NCBI RefSeq assembly: GCF_018350175.1
Contig: NC_058368.1
Location: forward strand, 220,722,001-220,786,000
Direction of reading: 5' to 3'
From: Felis catus
Taxonomy: Eukaryota
DNA length: 64,000 nucleotides
The notes beneath the pieces were generated by a model. It was not told where the DNA came from. It saw only the letters and a list, made by a program, of their open reading frames with translations, and made no database searches. Of this stretch, positions 14,145 to 27,862 are shown in pieces. The position numbers were made by a program, and so were the translations under genes. Position 1 is the stretch's first letter, and each line of letters starts with the position of its first letter.

Positions 14145-14350
14145 AACCAGGATTCATTTTTCAGGCATCTGTTTTTACAAATAAAGTTTTATTGGAACAC
14201 ATTCATTTCCTTTCATTCATATATTGTGTATGGGGGGCTTTTGTCCTTCAATAGCAGAGCTGAGTAGTTGAGACATAAGTAGTCTGTGGAACAAAATCTA
14301 AAATATTCACTATCTAAAGTTTTACAGAAAAAAAGTTTGCTGATCCTTGC
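14145..14350. mobile_element. MER58A-like hAT-Charlie DNA transposon
   Basis: 'tttttacaaataaagttttattggaacac...gcagagctgagtagttg...aaaatattcactatct...tttacagaaaaaaagtttgctgatcct'. Confidence 0.85.
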
Positions 14351-15279
14351 TTTAAAAAATACTAGATTAGTAATAATATATTTTAGGATGATACATAAGC
14401 TAAATATTATTTTGTTACACAATAATGCTTTCCTGAGAATAGAATAAGATTCAAGGGCCTCACTAGTGAGCTAGATGGCTCTTATGGGAATTCTAGGGAA
14501 GGCTGTTCCATTGAGTGCACTTAGTCAATAAAGTTACAAAAGAAAAAAAAAAGTACCTTTCCTAGATGGAGGAGAAGGGGGTGTAAGTCTCAAGTTTCTT
14601 TCACTCATATCTATTTATTGTGAACAAATTGATGACCTGATTAAAAGAAAATACATTGACTATTTTTTTTTTGTCATTCAAGCCGTGGACTATTCGGGGT
14701 ACTGATCAACACCAGAGCACAGATTTACATTTACCTCAGATTCATTAGGATCTTTCATATGGACTTACTTGATTTGTACCTTTGAAAAATTAAGTTATTT
14801 GAAATATGGTAAAGAAAAAATTTGGAGGAGAGAGGCAGTCTAATATAGATGTACATAGAGATATAGATATATGTCTTAAAATGAAAAAAAAGTATAAAAG
14901 GTATATTAATCAATATTTTTTCCAATTGTCTCATTCTGAGGAGTTTTAAAGAAAGCTTTTATACAAACATATAATAAATATAACAAAATATCAAGTTAAT
15001 GTGGAGATAATATAAAAATAAGAAAAGGCTTATAGTGAAATTAGTACATAGAAATGTATTATTTAAAATTACGGCACAGTTCTAAGAACTAAGTGATGAA
15101 TTCAGGTATGAGCTTCATAGCTATCAGTGCAAAGAAACACAATGATGATTTATGTGATTTATAGTGTCTTCATTGTGGCATGCCTATCCCGTATTACCTT
15201 AGCAATTAGAAAAAATGTTTTTGAAAAAAAGAAAAAGAAACAATGTTTTTGAATTGGAATCTAATATTGCACCCATGAA

Positions 15280-15450
15280 GACTGGTCAAACAATTTGTGG
15301 GGCACAATGCAAAATGAAACTTCAGGGTCAAAATTATGGGTACAAATTATTAATTTCGAGACAGTGATAGCAGTACATTATACCAATGATGACCATTCTA
15401 AGTGCAGGCCTCTGTATAATTCAACAGGTAGCACATCCACAAAGTTATAG
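15280..15450 (-). mobile_element. MER91-like hAT-Tip100 fragment
   Basis: 'aatttgtggggcacaatgcaaaatgaaa...aatttcgagacagtgatagcagtacatta...caggtagcacatcc' resembles the MER91 reverse complement. Confidence 0.6.
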
Positions 15451-16639
15451 AGCTATGGAGCAATCACACCTTTTCAAATCTCATACCAAGCTACCTCATT
15501 GGACATAAGAATGGTGAGATTCCAAGGTGAAAAGCTTTTGATGCAAAAGGAAAGACTTAAAAAACAAACAAAACTCTTCTGAAAATGCTTCAGAAAATGT
15601 CATATGGAACAATGGCTTCAACTGTGTGAAATCTGGGTATAGGAAGGTATTCAGAGTGGTGAGGGAAAATATTCTGAACAGAGTAATTAATGTGAATGGG
15701 GAAACAAACAAGACATTTCCAGGCGTTTGTATTGGTGATATTTTTGAGGAGAACCTTGAGTAAGAGGAAATTGAATTTCATTTTGGCAGTGAGTTATAGA
15801 TTGTGGTATCATATGACAATCTGGAGGTGTCCATAAATTGGTCCTTTTGGATTCTACCTCAGTAGTAAAATCTTCTAAGATGCCCTCATTGGATTCAGTT
15901 CTAAGTATGATTGCCCTCTAGTGTTCAGTTTAATTATGTCTCATAAAAATAGGACATTTTAAATTTGGGCCTTGATATCCTCCATACCTTAACTGATCTT
16001 AACAGATAGTGTGTAAAACCAGTATTTATATGGTAAATATATATTGAGTTTGATTTAAATTAATTGCATTGTAATAGAAAATAGGTTCAATTTTTTTAAA
16101 TGAGTAAAAATGACAACAAAAAAAAATCACATTACTGAGGAAATAGTCCAAGTGGTCATTAGTCGATTCTCACGCATTTTTTTTTCACCCAATTTGATCT
16201 TTGTATGGAATAGAATGGCGACATATCCACTCTTGCATGCACATACATTAATGTGGAAATACAGAAATCACCGCTGTCTTCATTAAATCTTAAAAATCAG
16301 AAGTCTCACTCTTTCCTGCTGACTCAGTTCCGAGTGTTTAGAAGAATTATATAAGTGATAGATTGATTTGATATTTTTGGTCAAAAATGTAATCAGGGTA
16401 AACTGGATTAGTCCAGTAGGGTAATTTAATTGAACCAATATTTGTAGTTTATATCAACTCATTAGGTATTCATTGTAGAGGCCCTGGATTCCTAACTTTG
16501 GAGAGTTCACCGAGCCCAGGTTCTCTGAGCACATATATGCAAAAGCTAATGTAACCCGTAGTCCTCCACACAAACAGAAGAGACACGGAAAGACAAGAAA
16601 CTTTACACTGGTAAGGCACCAACTCTACACTAATATCTT

Positions 16640-16795
16640 CCTACTTTATTTTGTCCTCACAAAAACCCTACGTGAAAAATCTCATTATCCTTATTACACA
16701 GAGGGGGAAATTAAGGCAGAGAATGATTAAATAGCCTGTTTTTCATATTACTAGTAGGTAAAAGAGCTCAGATTCAGTTTCCTTGCTGGTAACTA
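16640..16795 (-). mobile_element. MIR
   Basis: Core 'cctcacaaaaacccta...attatccttattacacagagggggaaattaaggcagaga'. Confidence 0.7.
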
Positions 16796-17288
16796 CCATA
16801 CTGAAACAACAAAACACAACAACAATTGTCTAGAACCAGATAACAGTGCAGAAGAAGGTTTTTGCTTTTATAGAAGACAACTGTATATAACAAATAAAAT
16901 GTGCAATATTAATGTTCTAGATAAAGGATTGACTTGAGATAATCATTCTGAAAAAAAGCTAGAGAGCCTAAACAAGAGAGGATTAGAATAACAAAAAGTT
17001 ATCCACACATAAAAGAATTTGAGATAGAAATTACAGTGGCTCATCAAAGAGGACTCACACCGGATTTTATTCCCATCACCTTTCTCTCTCACATGCAGAA
17101 TTAAATATATGGGGGAGTTCTTAGTGGTGGCTAGGGAAGCTCAGATGAAATTATTTACTGCGTGGATCACATGACACTTTAGAGAATGGACACTGGGAGT
17201 ATGTAACATGTCCACTGGGAAACTTGAGTCTAGACAGCTGAATGATGATTCTATCTTAGCCTCACACTGAAATAGAAAAGGCAGTAGA

Positions 17289-17453
17289 GGTACGCCTGGG
17301 CGGCTCAGTCGGTTAAACGTCAGACTTTTGCTCAGGTCATGATCTCACATTGGGCTCTCTGCTGTCAATGCAGAGTCTGCTTCGGATCTTCTCTCTCCCT
17401 CTCTATTTGCCCCTCCCGCCCCTCAAAAACAAATAAACATACAATATATAAAA
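17289..17453 (+). mobile_element. CanSINE with internal deletion (B-box region missing)
   Basis: Head 'gcctgggcggctcagtcggttaa'; TSD aaaaggcagtaga on both sides. Confidence 0.9.
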
Positions 17454-17930
17454 AAAAGGCAGTAGATTTCAGGATGTACGAGATTAACTGTGCATGCTGA
17501 GGTGTTCAGTATCACCTTTCACTATTCTATCTTGAAAGTACCTTCATATTTATTAGGATTCCTCCAGAGCAAAGCATCTGTGGATTGTAAAAGGCATTTA
17601 GTATCTTTAGGAAGCAACTCAGATAGATAGATGTTAGAGCCGTTTTAAATTATATCATTTTGTTTCTTTATAAATATACACTTAAGATTCTCTGTTAATG
17701 AAATGCAGCTTGATATACATAGTTTTCTTGCAAGTGTCTAAATGTAAAGAACAAGGTGCATTATTATTATCTGTAACATGTCCTCTTGAATTAGGAGCCC
17801 AACGTAAGAGACATTCCAGGATGTTTCAGGAAATGTGCTATAGGTGTATAGTTGATTCACATAAAAAATCTAGTGATCTCATTTCCTAAAAATGTTTCAA
17901 AACTATCTTTTTTTAAAAAAAGAGATTATT

Positions 17931-18140
17931 GGGGTGCCTGGGTGGCTCAGTCGGTTGAACATCAGACTTCAGCTCAGGTCATGATCTCGCGGTTCACGAG
18001 TTCAAGCCCCTCTTTGGGCTCTGTGCTGACAGCTCAGAGCCTGGAGCCTGCTTCAGATTCTGTCTCCCTCTCTCTCTCTGCCCCTCCCCCACTCACACTC
18101 TGTCTCTCTCTCTCAAAAATAAATAAACAATAAAAAAATT
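17931..18140 (+). mobile_element. CanSINE
   Basis: Full head, body, (CT)n and A tail. Confidence 0.95.
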
Positions 18141-18759
18141 TAAGAAGATTATCAACATATTTTCTGGATAATCCTAGCGAAGAAAAAAAATTTCACAAAC
18201 ATGAGAAAACTGAAAATAAATAAATTGGCATGTGGTGATTTGAGTATAAAGGTAATAATATTCAATAGAGAAATGAAATATGAGAAATGATTTTTTTATA
18301 TTGTTAATTCTTTTGACTATCTTGATTTTTTTACCAGTGGCTTGTATTACTTCACAAGGGAGTGCGGCTGTATTGTTCCTTCTGTAAATTGTAGTATATT
18401 TCAGGATTTATTTTAGATCACGAGGTTTTTAACACTATAACTAAGGAACACAGAGCTTAAGCCTCTTTCTCACTCAGAGGAACACATGTTCTGTGGGTGG
18501 AATGGAGAGTTGCCTCTGATTCCAGTTTTTTCTAACAGAGAAATGAGAAACAGTAGACTTCTCGAACGAATCCACGTCCCGCCAGCATATCTCTCAGGAT
18601 GTTTCTTTCTCAATGTTGAAAAAGTCAAGATCCAGAATCTACAAATTAATCTTTGTACCCCCAAATGCTCCCCAGGGTACAGGCTGCTCTTATCTACCCC
18701 TTCCTGATTTTCTACATGTCGGTCAAGTGCTGCCAAGGCATGGGGGTAGAGTCAATGTC

Positions 18760-18922
18760 CCGGCCACTCGAGAGTGCCCACAGACCAGAGGGACAGCCAT
18801 CTCCTGGGAGTGTTTTAGGAATTCAGACTCTCAGTGCCCAACTCTTACCTACAGAATCAGAATCTGAATTTCAAGGTGATCCCCAGGAGATTCATATTCA
18901 AAATAAAGTTTGAGAAGCACTG
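18760..18922. mobile_element. MER5A-like hAT-Charlie element
   Basis: 'catctcctgggag...cagaatcagaatctgaattt...gatccccaggagattcat...aagtttgagaagcactgg'. Confidence 0.8.
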
Positions 18923-19825
18923 GTGATATCCCCATGGGACAAAAACATGTAGATGTGAACTCTAATGTCAAAAAACCCACTGGGAGAACCCTGCTTGCCA
19001 CTTTATACGCTGACCTTTTGCCGAACCTCTAATCTGCCCTCTACCCTCTCCCTCAAAGTTGCTCTAGTCCTGGCTTCAAGCCATTTCTTGATATATAGTT
19101 CCTTTGGGCATATTAACCCCTTAAGCTGGGTCCATCTGTTGGTTCCTAAAATTTTACTTCATTAGTTCTTGTTTATTTTCCCCTTATTCATCCTCTCTTG
19201 CTGGACTCATCTTTGGTAACTGCCTCTCACCTCCGGATTTTTCCTGGATGTGATTATCTCCTATTCCCAGTGATTATAATGTGTGTTTTAATTCCCTTTT
19301 CCAGCAATGATCCTGTAACATAGGAATGATTCACTTCAGGGACAAAACTTTTAACTTCTGTCCTGTCAATGTTTAGCAATTCATCAGCCATCGAAAGCCA
19401 ACTCCAATCCAGAGTTTGACACCTAAAGACAGCTGCTTCCACAAAGGATATTCTTTTCTGATGTGCTAAATCCATTTTTGCAACAGCCTTTAACAGTCTT
19501 GTGATGGTAACAGGAAAAATAATTAAGAATACACAGTGTTTATATTTTGCTTAAATTAATATATGTGTATTTAGACACCAAACAAGGTATGAAACCTTAA
19601 CTTACAGACTCAAAACAAAAACAAAAACACCATTCATATAACTTGGCCATGCTTTAGGTTGTCATTAAATCTTAAAAAAAAAATCAATTAAGCATTCCCC
19701 TATGATTTGTATTAGTTGATCAATGTAATGAAATAAGATATTAAGAAAAAGTTATATTTTTAAAAAACCTGGGTGTCAGGAAAAACCTACTAAGAAATGT
19801 ATATCTTAAAAAGGAAATCAAGATT

Positions 19826-20060
19826 GGGGCACCTGGCTGGCTCAGCTGGTTGAATGTCTGACTCTGGATTTTGGCTCAGGTCAAGATCTCATGGTTCATG
19901 AGTTTGAGCCCCACACTGTGCTGTGCTGGCATTGTATAGTCTGCTTGGGATTCTCTCTCTCTCCCCACCCCCCTCTCTTTCTTTCCTGCCCCTCGCAGCT
20001 CTCTCTGTCTCTCTCTAAGTAAGTAAACTTTAAATAAATAAGTAATTAAATAATCATTAA
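19826..20060 (+). mobile_element. CanSINE
   Basis: 'ggggcacctggctggctcag' head, CT-rich region and A-rich tail. Confidence 0.92.
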
Positions 20061-20079
20061 AAATAGAAATTGAAAGTAG

Positions 20080-20690
20080 AATATGTTTAGGGTGAATATG
20101 TAATGAGTTTCAGCCTGCCACAATACAAAAGGGAAATTCTTAAATGGTACTCTAAGAAAACATATGTCCAAGTAAATTAATTAAAAAACAAGGATGAGTT
20201 ATACTAATAAATTAAACTCTCAATTAAAATAGGAAGATATCAACAATAAATTTGAAAGCAGAAGCAAAGAAGAAATGAATTAAAGGATAAAACAGATACC
20301 AATGCAATAAACAAGCAAGCAAGAAAAGAACACTAAAATTGTTCAGTGGTACAATCAGTTATAGTTCTTTGAAATATTAATGAATGACAAAATATTAAAT
20401 AATAATCATGGCAAAAAGTCCAAGAAGGGGCAAAAATAAACACATATTAATAATATTGGCAATGATAATGAGAGTGCAGAGAACAGAGTGGGGCATAGTA
20501 ATGATGCTGAGGGATTCAAAAATAAAATTTGATTTTATTTATAATTTGATTTCAATAAATATACAACAAACAAAGTAAGGAGGATAACGTGTAAAAATTG
20601 CAAAATTGAATAGAAGCTAAGGTCTCAGCTTCCCCAAGGGAAGCTATCTCCAGAGTTATGGGAACATTCTCTATAAGATTGGAGGATAAT
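20080..20690 (+). mobile_element. Ancient L1 ORF2 fragment (continues after the MaLR at about 22938-23170)
   Basis: A-rich L1-like text 'gcagaagcaaagaagaaatgaattaaaggataaaacaga...ttctttgaaatattaat'. It resumes with 'cttacacaaac...aaattacccacttcattt' downstream. Confidence 0.55.
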
Positions 20691-20697
20691 TCTAATC

Positions 20698-22711
20698 TCT
20701 ATTACTCAGTCGGAACTCTCATCATGTAGTACATAATTTAGTACAACAGACTAGATGGCTTAAACAACAGAAATTTACTTTCTCACAGTTCTGAAGACTG
20801 GAGGTCTGAGATCAAGGTGCATGAAGGTCAGTTTTTGGTGAGCACTCCCTTCCCAGCTTGCCTTCTTACTGGACTTCCACATGACATTTTATGGGTGCAT
20901 GTGCATGGAGAGAAAGGAAACAAGGTATCTTGTGTCTCTTCTTATAAGATCACCCTTATGACCTCATGTAACCTTTATTACCTTCTTAAAGATCCTATCT
21001 CTAAACACAGTCACATTGGGTGTTAGGGCTTCAACATGTGAACTTGCGGGGGACACAATCCAGTCCATTGCACTCATTCCTGCCCCCGAAATTCATATCC
21101 TCACATGCAAAATACATTCATCCCTTCCAATAGCCCCAAAGTATGGAGTTTACATACCTTCTAAATCACACATGGATGAGAACTGAGGTCTGATACCTTC
21201 TGAGGCAAAATTTCTTTCCTATTGTGAACCCCTGAAACTAGACAAGTTATGTGTTTACAAAAAACCAATGATGAGCAGGCATAGGATAGACATTCCCCTT
21301 ACAAAAGGGAGAGACTGGAAGAAAAAAAAAAAAGGATAATGGATCCCAAACATGTCTAAATCCTAGCAGGCAAATTCCATTAGATCTTAAGGTCAGAGAA
21401 TAATCCTGTTTGGTTCAATGTTTTGCCTTCCAGATCCAATATGGTGTCTCTGGGTTGCTGCCTTCCCACCTTGGGGTGTGTAGTGTGGTTCTGCTTCTGG
21501 GGCTTACTGCAAGGGCCACCTGGCTCAAGGTCCACCTGGCTCACTGAAACAAAGGATGTGAAAGTCTAGTCCCCAGGGACTGTGGTGTGATTGGCAGTCT
21601 TGACGGTCTCTGCATCACCTTTGGGGTCAGTCTTCCCCTTTCTTGAAGGATGAAGCATATTTGCTGTCAAATAGCTCTACCATTTCATCCTGTTCCCTTT
21701 GGTCCAAATTGGCAGAGTGTTGCTGAGGTCGAGAGTGGCAGTGTTTCTGCTGGTATAATCCCATCTCTATTCCTGGCTTCTGGTGAAGTAACTGATTAAA
21801 TTCATAGTTGATACTCACACTAATCTCCTTACCAAATGATTGTCCAACCACACCTTTCGTTCACACACCTCTTCAGAACAAGTTTTTTCAGTAATTTGCA
21901 ACATGAGTAGGTTGAGGGTTTTCTAGCTCTTCAAGTTCTTGTTACTTCTTGCTTAACAATTCCTTTTCAATTCATCTTTCTCCTCTGATATTTTACCAAT
22001 AGCAGTCAGGAAGACCCAGGCTAAGCCTTCAATATCTTGCTTAGTAATCTTCTCAGGTAAATATACCATCTCCTGGTTCATAAATTCTATCATCCACAAA
22101 ACACAACAACACGAATTAGACAAGTTTCTTGCCACTTATAACAGGGATCATCTTTTCTCCATTTTCCAATATCCTGTCCTTATTTTCATCTGAGGCTTCA
22201 CCACAAAGGTCTATAACTTCCATATTTCTACCAATATTAGGTACATAATTATTTGTGAAGTCTTTAAGAAAACGGAGTCTTTCTCAACACCTCCACCCCC
22301 CACTACCCCTTTATTTTCTGAGCTCTCATTAGAACACGGACCTTTAACATCTATATTCTACCCGCAATAATTTTGCAACAAACCAGAGTTGTTTTTTTTA
22401 CTGGCATGTGTCTCAAAACTGCTACAGCCTCTATACCTTACTCAGCTGCAAATCCACTTCTACATCGTTAGGTATTTGTCATAGCACTTCTATGTACCAA
22501 AATCCGTATTAGTCCGCTCAAACTGCCATAACACAATTCCAAAGACTATGTGGCTTAAACAATAGAAATGTATTTTCTCACAGTTCTGTAGGCTGAAATT
22601 CTGAGAACAGGGTGCCAGCCAGTTTCCAGTGAGAGCCCCTATCCTGGCTTGCAGATGGCCACCTTCTTATTCTGTTATCACATGGCCTTTCCTCAGCGTG
22701 CATACATACAT

Positions 22712-22747
<36 letters not shown>

Positions 22748-22932
22748 CCTTACACACAACTCTCTGGTGTCTCTTCTTATAGGGAGATTAATCCTATTGA
22801 ACCAAGGCCCCACCTTAATAACCTCCTTTAACTTTAATTATATCCTCATAGGCTCTGTCTCCGTATATAATCACATTGGGGGTTAGACCTTCAACTTACG
22901 AATACTGAGGAGACACAATTCAGTCTATGTCA
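20698..22932 (-). mobile_element. Complete MaLR provirus (MLT1A-like LTR - internal - LTR)
   Basis: LTRs at 20698-21072 and 22505-22932 share 'ggcttaaacaa(c/t)agaaat..tctcacagttctg' and end in 'acacaat(c/t)cagtc'. Internal region about 1.4 kb, starting 'gattttggtac' on the minus strand. 5-bp TSD taatc/ttatc. Confidence 0.88.
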
Positions 22933-23229
22933 TTATCTTACACAAACACTTTTAAAGTACAGAAAAAAAGAGAAATTACCCACTTCATTTCACAAAGATA
23001 CAATACTCATAATAACAAAACAAGAGAAGATGACTAGAAGTATATATGTTTTTAAAGGGTGTGACAATGTTGATAATTTTGATACTAGATAATGGGCATA
23101 TGGTAGTTAATTACTCTATTTAGTTTCTTTTTTATATGCTTCACATTTTCTGCAATAAAACTATTAAATATGCAGAAAAGGAAACTGGAGTTGAACAACA
23201 AAGGAAAATAAATATAGATCATTATCTTT

Positions 23230-23698
23230 GTGGTTAATTGGATTCTTCAGGAAGTGACTCTGAAATGGTGTTTGGCAAGGAGGAGGTTTATTAGAGAATA
23301 TGATCTTGGGATCAATATCTATGGGAGGGGAGGTTTTAGCAGAGAAAGAGGATGAGCTATGATGTACATGTGAACTACAAACTCAGGTGAATTGATGGGG
23401 TGCTCTGGAGCTAAATATTCTATCTCAGCTATCTTGCATTGGACTGAAAAGTCCTGGTCTTTGGATACCTGCCTCAATTAGTCATTGCATTTGGGCTGTC
23501 CAGGAAAGGCATGACCTTGGGTGAAGTGGATTTGTAGTTGAGGCCATACCTGAAGGGGCTGACAGCCAAAGGTTATCTCCTAGCATCACTCCCAGATAAG
23601 TTTTTCCTTGAAGGAGGATTTGAGGAGGATTGGGTGGTACATCTTCATTCCTACCACAGTCCTCCCTTATGATTCTTTTTTTTAAATATTTATTTATT

Positions 23699-23733
<35 letters not shown>

Positions 23734-25070
23734 AAGCAGGGGAGGGACAGAGAGAGGGAGACAGAGGATCCAGAGGCTCTTTGCTGACAGCAGGGAGCCC
23801 AATGTGGGACTCTAATTCATAAACAGTGAGATCATGACCTGATCTCACTTAACCAACTAAGCCCCCAGGCACCTCTCTCCTCTGATTCTTGACTCCACTT
23901 TTCAACATACTTTGGAGGAGCAGCTCCTGCAAGATTCAAGTGGGCCTCCCTTTCCAGGCCACAGGTAGTGGATGGAACTTTCCGGGGCACAGGCGGTAGT
24001 AGATGGAAAACATTTCCACTGCTACAACTGATGTTGGCACTGCAACAGGTGCTCACCATCTCCTTCCTCCACTCTCTAATCTAGGTGGCTCTTGTGCTTA
24101 GATAACATCTCTTCTCATTTCTGTGTCCTACCTTCCAGACTGACACAGACCTTTAGTTCTGAAGGATTGAGCTTCATGTCATTACCATGTCCTTCTCAAG
24201 GTAAAGTTCCTGCACAAGCCTGTTTAGCATGACAACAAGACAAGGAAGGAGTAAAAGACCCCCAGTGGACTGTCTGTTTTAAATGTATTATCCCTGTCAC
24301 CATTTTTGAACAGCAGTTCATTCTCTTTGTGATGATCAGGATCAACGCCATATTTGAAGACAATATTTTCTTCTCCTTAAATATAAGGTGCCCAAAACAC
24401 CCTTGAGGCAGTTGAAAGTTAATTGGGTCTCATGTCTCCTGGTGAAAGTGTTTTCTCTTCTGTGGCCCACAAGCTCTAAATCTGTAGCAACCAGAATTCT
24501 GGGACAGAGAACAAACATTCTCCAAGTGGATGATGGACAGGGATACTTCAGAAGGCACACTCCTTCCATTTCTTGGTTCATGGAATTATATATTCTTCCT
24601 ATGGAAGACACCATACCTTATAAAGGTTTTTTATTTGATGTGTATACTGACTTCTGGAGGATGGCTCATCATTGTTTTATCACTTCTGATACATCTGAGA
24701 TACTGTGTCAAATGTGCTTTCAATAAGATGTTTCAGCCATCTATTAGACTGGCATCTCCTTAGCAGTTGCTATGGGTTACAGCTAATGGAACCAGTGGTA
24801 TTGGACTTGCTTCTATTCTTCCTTTTCTGAAAAATGTGTTCTCTGATGTTATGTGATATAAGATCTTGTTCCAAAGGAATAAACATTAGCAAATCCTCAA
24901 ATAGTAGCATCCTGAAAAGAAAATCCATATATGGAAAGGCTGTTAATTCCTCTCAGCGTAAACCCTTGACCCTTCCAAGGTGTAAAGGACTCATCTTGCC
25001 CACCCTACGGTCAAATAGATTTCACAAAGAATATTATTTCAGGACTCAGTATTTGTCTCTGTTGTTGTAA
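23230..25070 (-). mobile_element. ERVL remnant: LTR16/LTR33-like LTR (about 23230-23660) plus ERVL internal sequence (about 23880-25070)
   Basis: LTR motifs 'gactctgaaatgg...gtttattagaga...cttgggatcaa'; internal 'ggagcagctcctgcaagattc', 'gggacagagaacaaacattctccaagtgg'. No intact ORF. Confidence 0.65.
23676..23873 (-). mobile_element. CanSINE inserted in the ERVL remnant
   Basis: T tail, (GA)n, 'gagatcatgacctga', 'ccaggcacc'. Confidence 0.92.
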
Positions 25071-25364
25071 ATTGATTGGCAGGGACTCAACATCAATATA
25101 TCCATCTCGCAACAGGTTGTTGACTTCGCCATAATCAACTTGCTTTGGCCTTTTATACTTTAACTCAAAAATAAGTTTTGAACCTAGTCCTCAATTTGCC
25201 GCTCTTCTCACTAGAGAAGAGATGAGAGCCCTTTATGCCATAGAGACTTCTTGACTTTCATATTTGATATTAAGTTGCTTGCTAATTACTGTAGCCTTTC
25301 ATATTTTTTTTCTAGTATTGGTTCAGTGTATTCATGTCCATCCAATGCCATTGTCTTTATTGTT

Positions 25365-25415
25365 TTCTTTTTTGAGAGAGCGAGAGACAGTAAGAGAGAG
25401 TGGGAGAGGGGCGGA

Positions 25416-25459
<44 letters not shown>

Positions 25460-25480
25460 CTTAAACAGGCTCCATGCCCC
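25365..25480 (-). mobile_element. 5'-truncated CanSINE with (GA)n
   Basis: 'tttttgagagag...(GA)n aatcttaaacaggctccatgc'. Confidence 0.8.
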
Positions 25481-25999
25481 TTTCAGAGCATATATCCCAG
25501 TGACAGTGTATATTTATAAGCCATATTGGAGAGCTACTTGACTGCATTCATTCATACATAAATTGTACTTGATTAAAAGACCACTTTCTAGTTTATAGCT
25601 TTGAGAAATATTTATATAGTCTACTGGTATTGCCAAGTTGAGGCCCAAATATATTTTACAAGTGAGAAAGTACAATGCAGAATAATATGTATATTATGAC
25701 ACCATTTAAAATACACTAATGAAGTCAGAAGTGTATTTTTATAAGGCCATATTGAAAAATGATCAGCAATAAAATTATTAGAAAAATCATAGTTTCTGAA
25801 AAGTCGCATAAATGGGATTTGAGAAGTTCTACAGAAGTTCTATACTTCTGACATATGGGAATAAATGACCTTTGGACAATGTGACAGAATTAAACAGAAA
25901 TAAACATACAACTATATATGTAAGGGAGTTTTAGCCATGAAATATACATGCAAAAATCATGGACAGCAAATTATATCATCGTTTCTTTGTTTCTTTTTT

Positions 26000-26206
26000 A
26001 TTTAAACATTTTTTAATGTTTATTTTTTGAGAGAAAGAGCACAAGCAAGGGTGGTATAGAAAGAGCAGGAGACACAGAATCCAAAGTAGGCTCCAGGCTC
26101 TGAGCAGTCAGCACAGAACCTGCTGCAGGGCTCGAACTCACAAACCTCAAGATCATGACCCAAGCCAAATTCGGACACTTAACGGACTGAGCCACCCAGG
26201 TGCCTC
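26000..26206 (-). mobile_element. CanSINE (older copy of a tandem pair)
   Basis: Full minus-strand body ending 'gagccacccaggtgcc'. Confidence 0.93.
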
Positions 26207-26222
26207 TATCCTCATTTCTTTT

Positions 26223-26449
26223 TTTTTTTTTTTTAATTTTTTTTTTCAACGTTTTTATTTATTTTTGGGACAGAGAGAGACAGAGCTTGAATGGGGGAGG
26301 GGCAGAGAGAGAGGGAGACACAGAATCGGAAACAGGCTCCAGGCTCCGAGCCATCAGCCCAGAGCCCGACGCGGGGCTCGAACTCACGGACCGCGAGATC
26401 GTGACCTGGCTGAAGTCGGACGCTTAACCGACTGCGCCACCCAGGTGCC
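26223..26449 (-). mobile_element. Young SINEC_Fc-type CanSINE
   Basis: CpG-rich, with diagnostic 'ctggctgaagtcggacgcttaaccgactgcgccacccagg' and a long T tail. Confidence 0.95.
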
Positions 26450-27645
26450 TCTATCCTCATTTCTTTTTGATGAACACGTATCGGCACCCTAAATTAACTT
26501 ATTAAGTACTATATAGATTTTGTGCTAAGTGCTGACAGAAAAAAAAATAGAAGCATCCTTCCCATCATACGTACTATAAGTAATTCACAATATGAGCATC
26601 AATCAATGGCTTTTCAATCGCTTCCATATCCCTCTACTTATATCGTGACGACAAGACTACACTAGGAAAATAGTTTACAATGACTGATATCACACATCAC
26701 AGAAAAAATGAGAAACTCATTACTTTAGTCCTATTGAGCAGTATGTTATCCTAACAAGTTTTTAGAAGAAAAGGTAATAACCTTGTTCTTCAAATATAGG
26801 AATTGAATTTATCTTTCTTTTTATCTGAGACTGCAAGGGGCAGGATTCTCAATAAAGGGCACTTCATTAAGCAGAAATATCAATAGGGCTGTTTGGCTGT
26901 GATGTATTAAAATTCCAGGTATGCTACCAACCCCGCATGGATGTAGAGAAACCTTCCTGTCAGCCAAGGGAGTACTGTTCAAACATTAGCCATTCTTATT
27001 TTATCTTCCTAAGATGAATGCGGAGAATTTTTGTCATTGTGATTTATTCTTTTATGCTTTCCCACATGGATCTTTCCCTTCTCAGGACACAAAAGACATA
27101 TATAGATAGTCTTTTCCATTCCACACAATTTAACACATATTATTCATTATCTTGTATACAGATTTTTGTTCGTGCCTAACCGTGCACTAACCCTTTAGGG
27201 TCAGAGATTATAAACCTTTGCATCCACCTAGAACCTATGATTATGTGCTCAGGTAGTGTGCAGAATAAGTATGAAGATCGACAAATTTCTTGACCTGGAA
27301 AGGATTATGAAATAAAACTGTCCAACTTCCCTCGTCTTCCCCATGAAAACCTGAGACCAGTAATTTAAGGTATTTACTAAAGACTAATGAGTTTTTTTTT
27401 TTTCTGACTGATTATACTCTTACCAAAATAAAATTCAAATGAATTGTGCTTTTCCTTAAGAGCTTACCTAGATACTTTAAAACCAATGTCCAAAATCATG
27501 ATGTGTCAATGAAACAATGCACGAATGATGCAATGAAATGATCTTCATTTATCTCACGAAATATTTACTGAAATATCCAGAATTTTCAAGAATTAAAGAT
27601 TTGAAACAAAATTCTCCAAGTAGTCCTCATTAAACAACTATTGCT

Positions 27646-27862
27646 GGGGCACCTGAGTGGCTCAGTTGGTTAAGCGTCTGACTCTTGATCTTGGCTCAGG
27701 TCATGATTTCATGGTTTGTGAGTTCAAGACCCACACTGGGTTCTGCATTGACAGCGTGGAGACTGCTTGGAATTCTCTCTCTCCCCATCTCTTTCTACCC
27801 CTCCCCCACTTGCGCTGTCTCTGTCTCTCTCAAAATAAATAAACTAAAAAAAAAATTAAAAA
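27646..27862 (+). mobile_element. CanSINE
   Basis: Head, body and tail; TSD aactattgct on both sides. Confidence 0.93.

Noticed and set aside
24342..24763. ORFs of 77-112 aa in the ERVL internal region
   Set aside because: Degenerate retroviral remnant with no intact pol/gag motifs visible.
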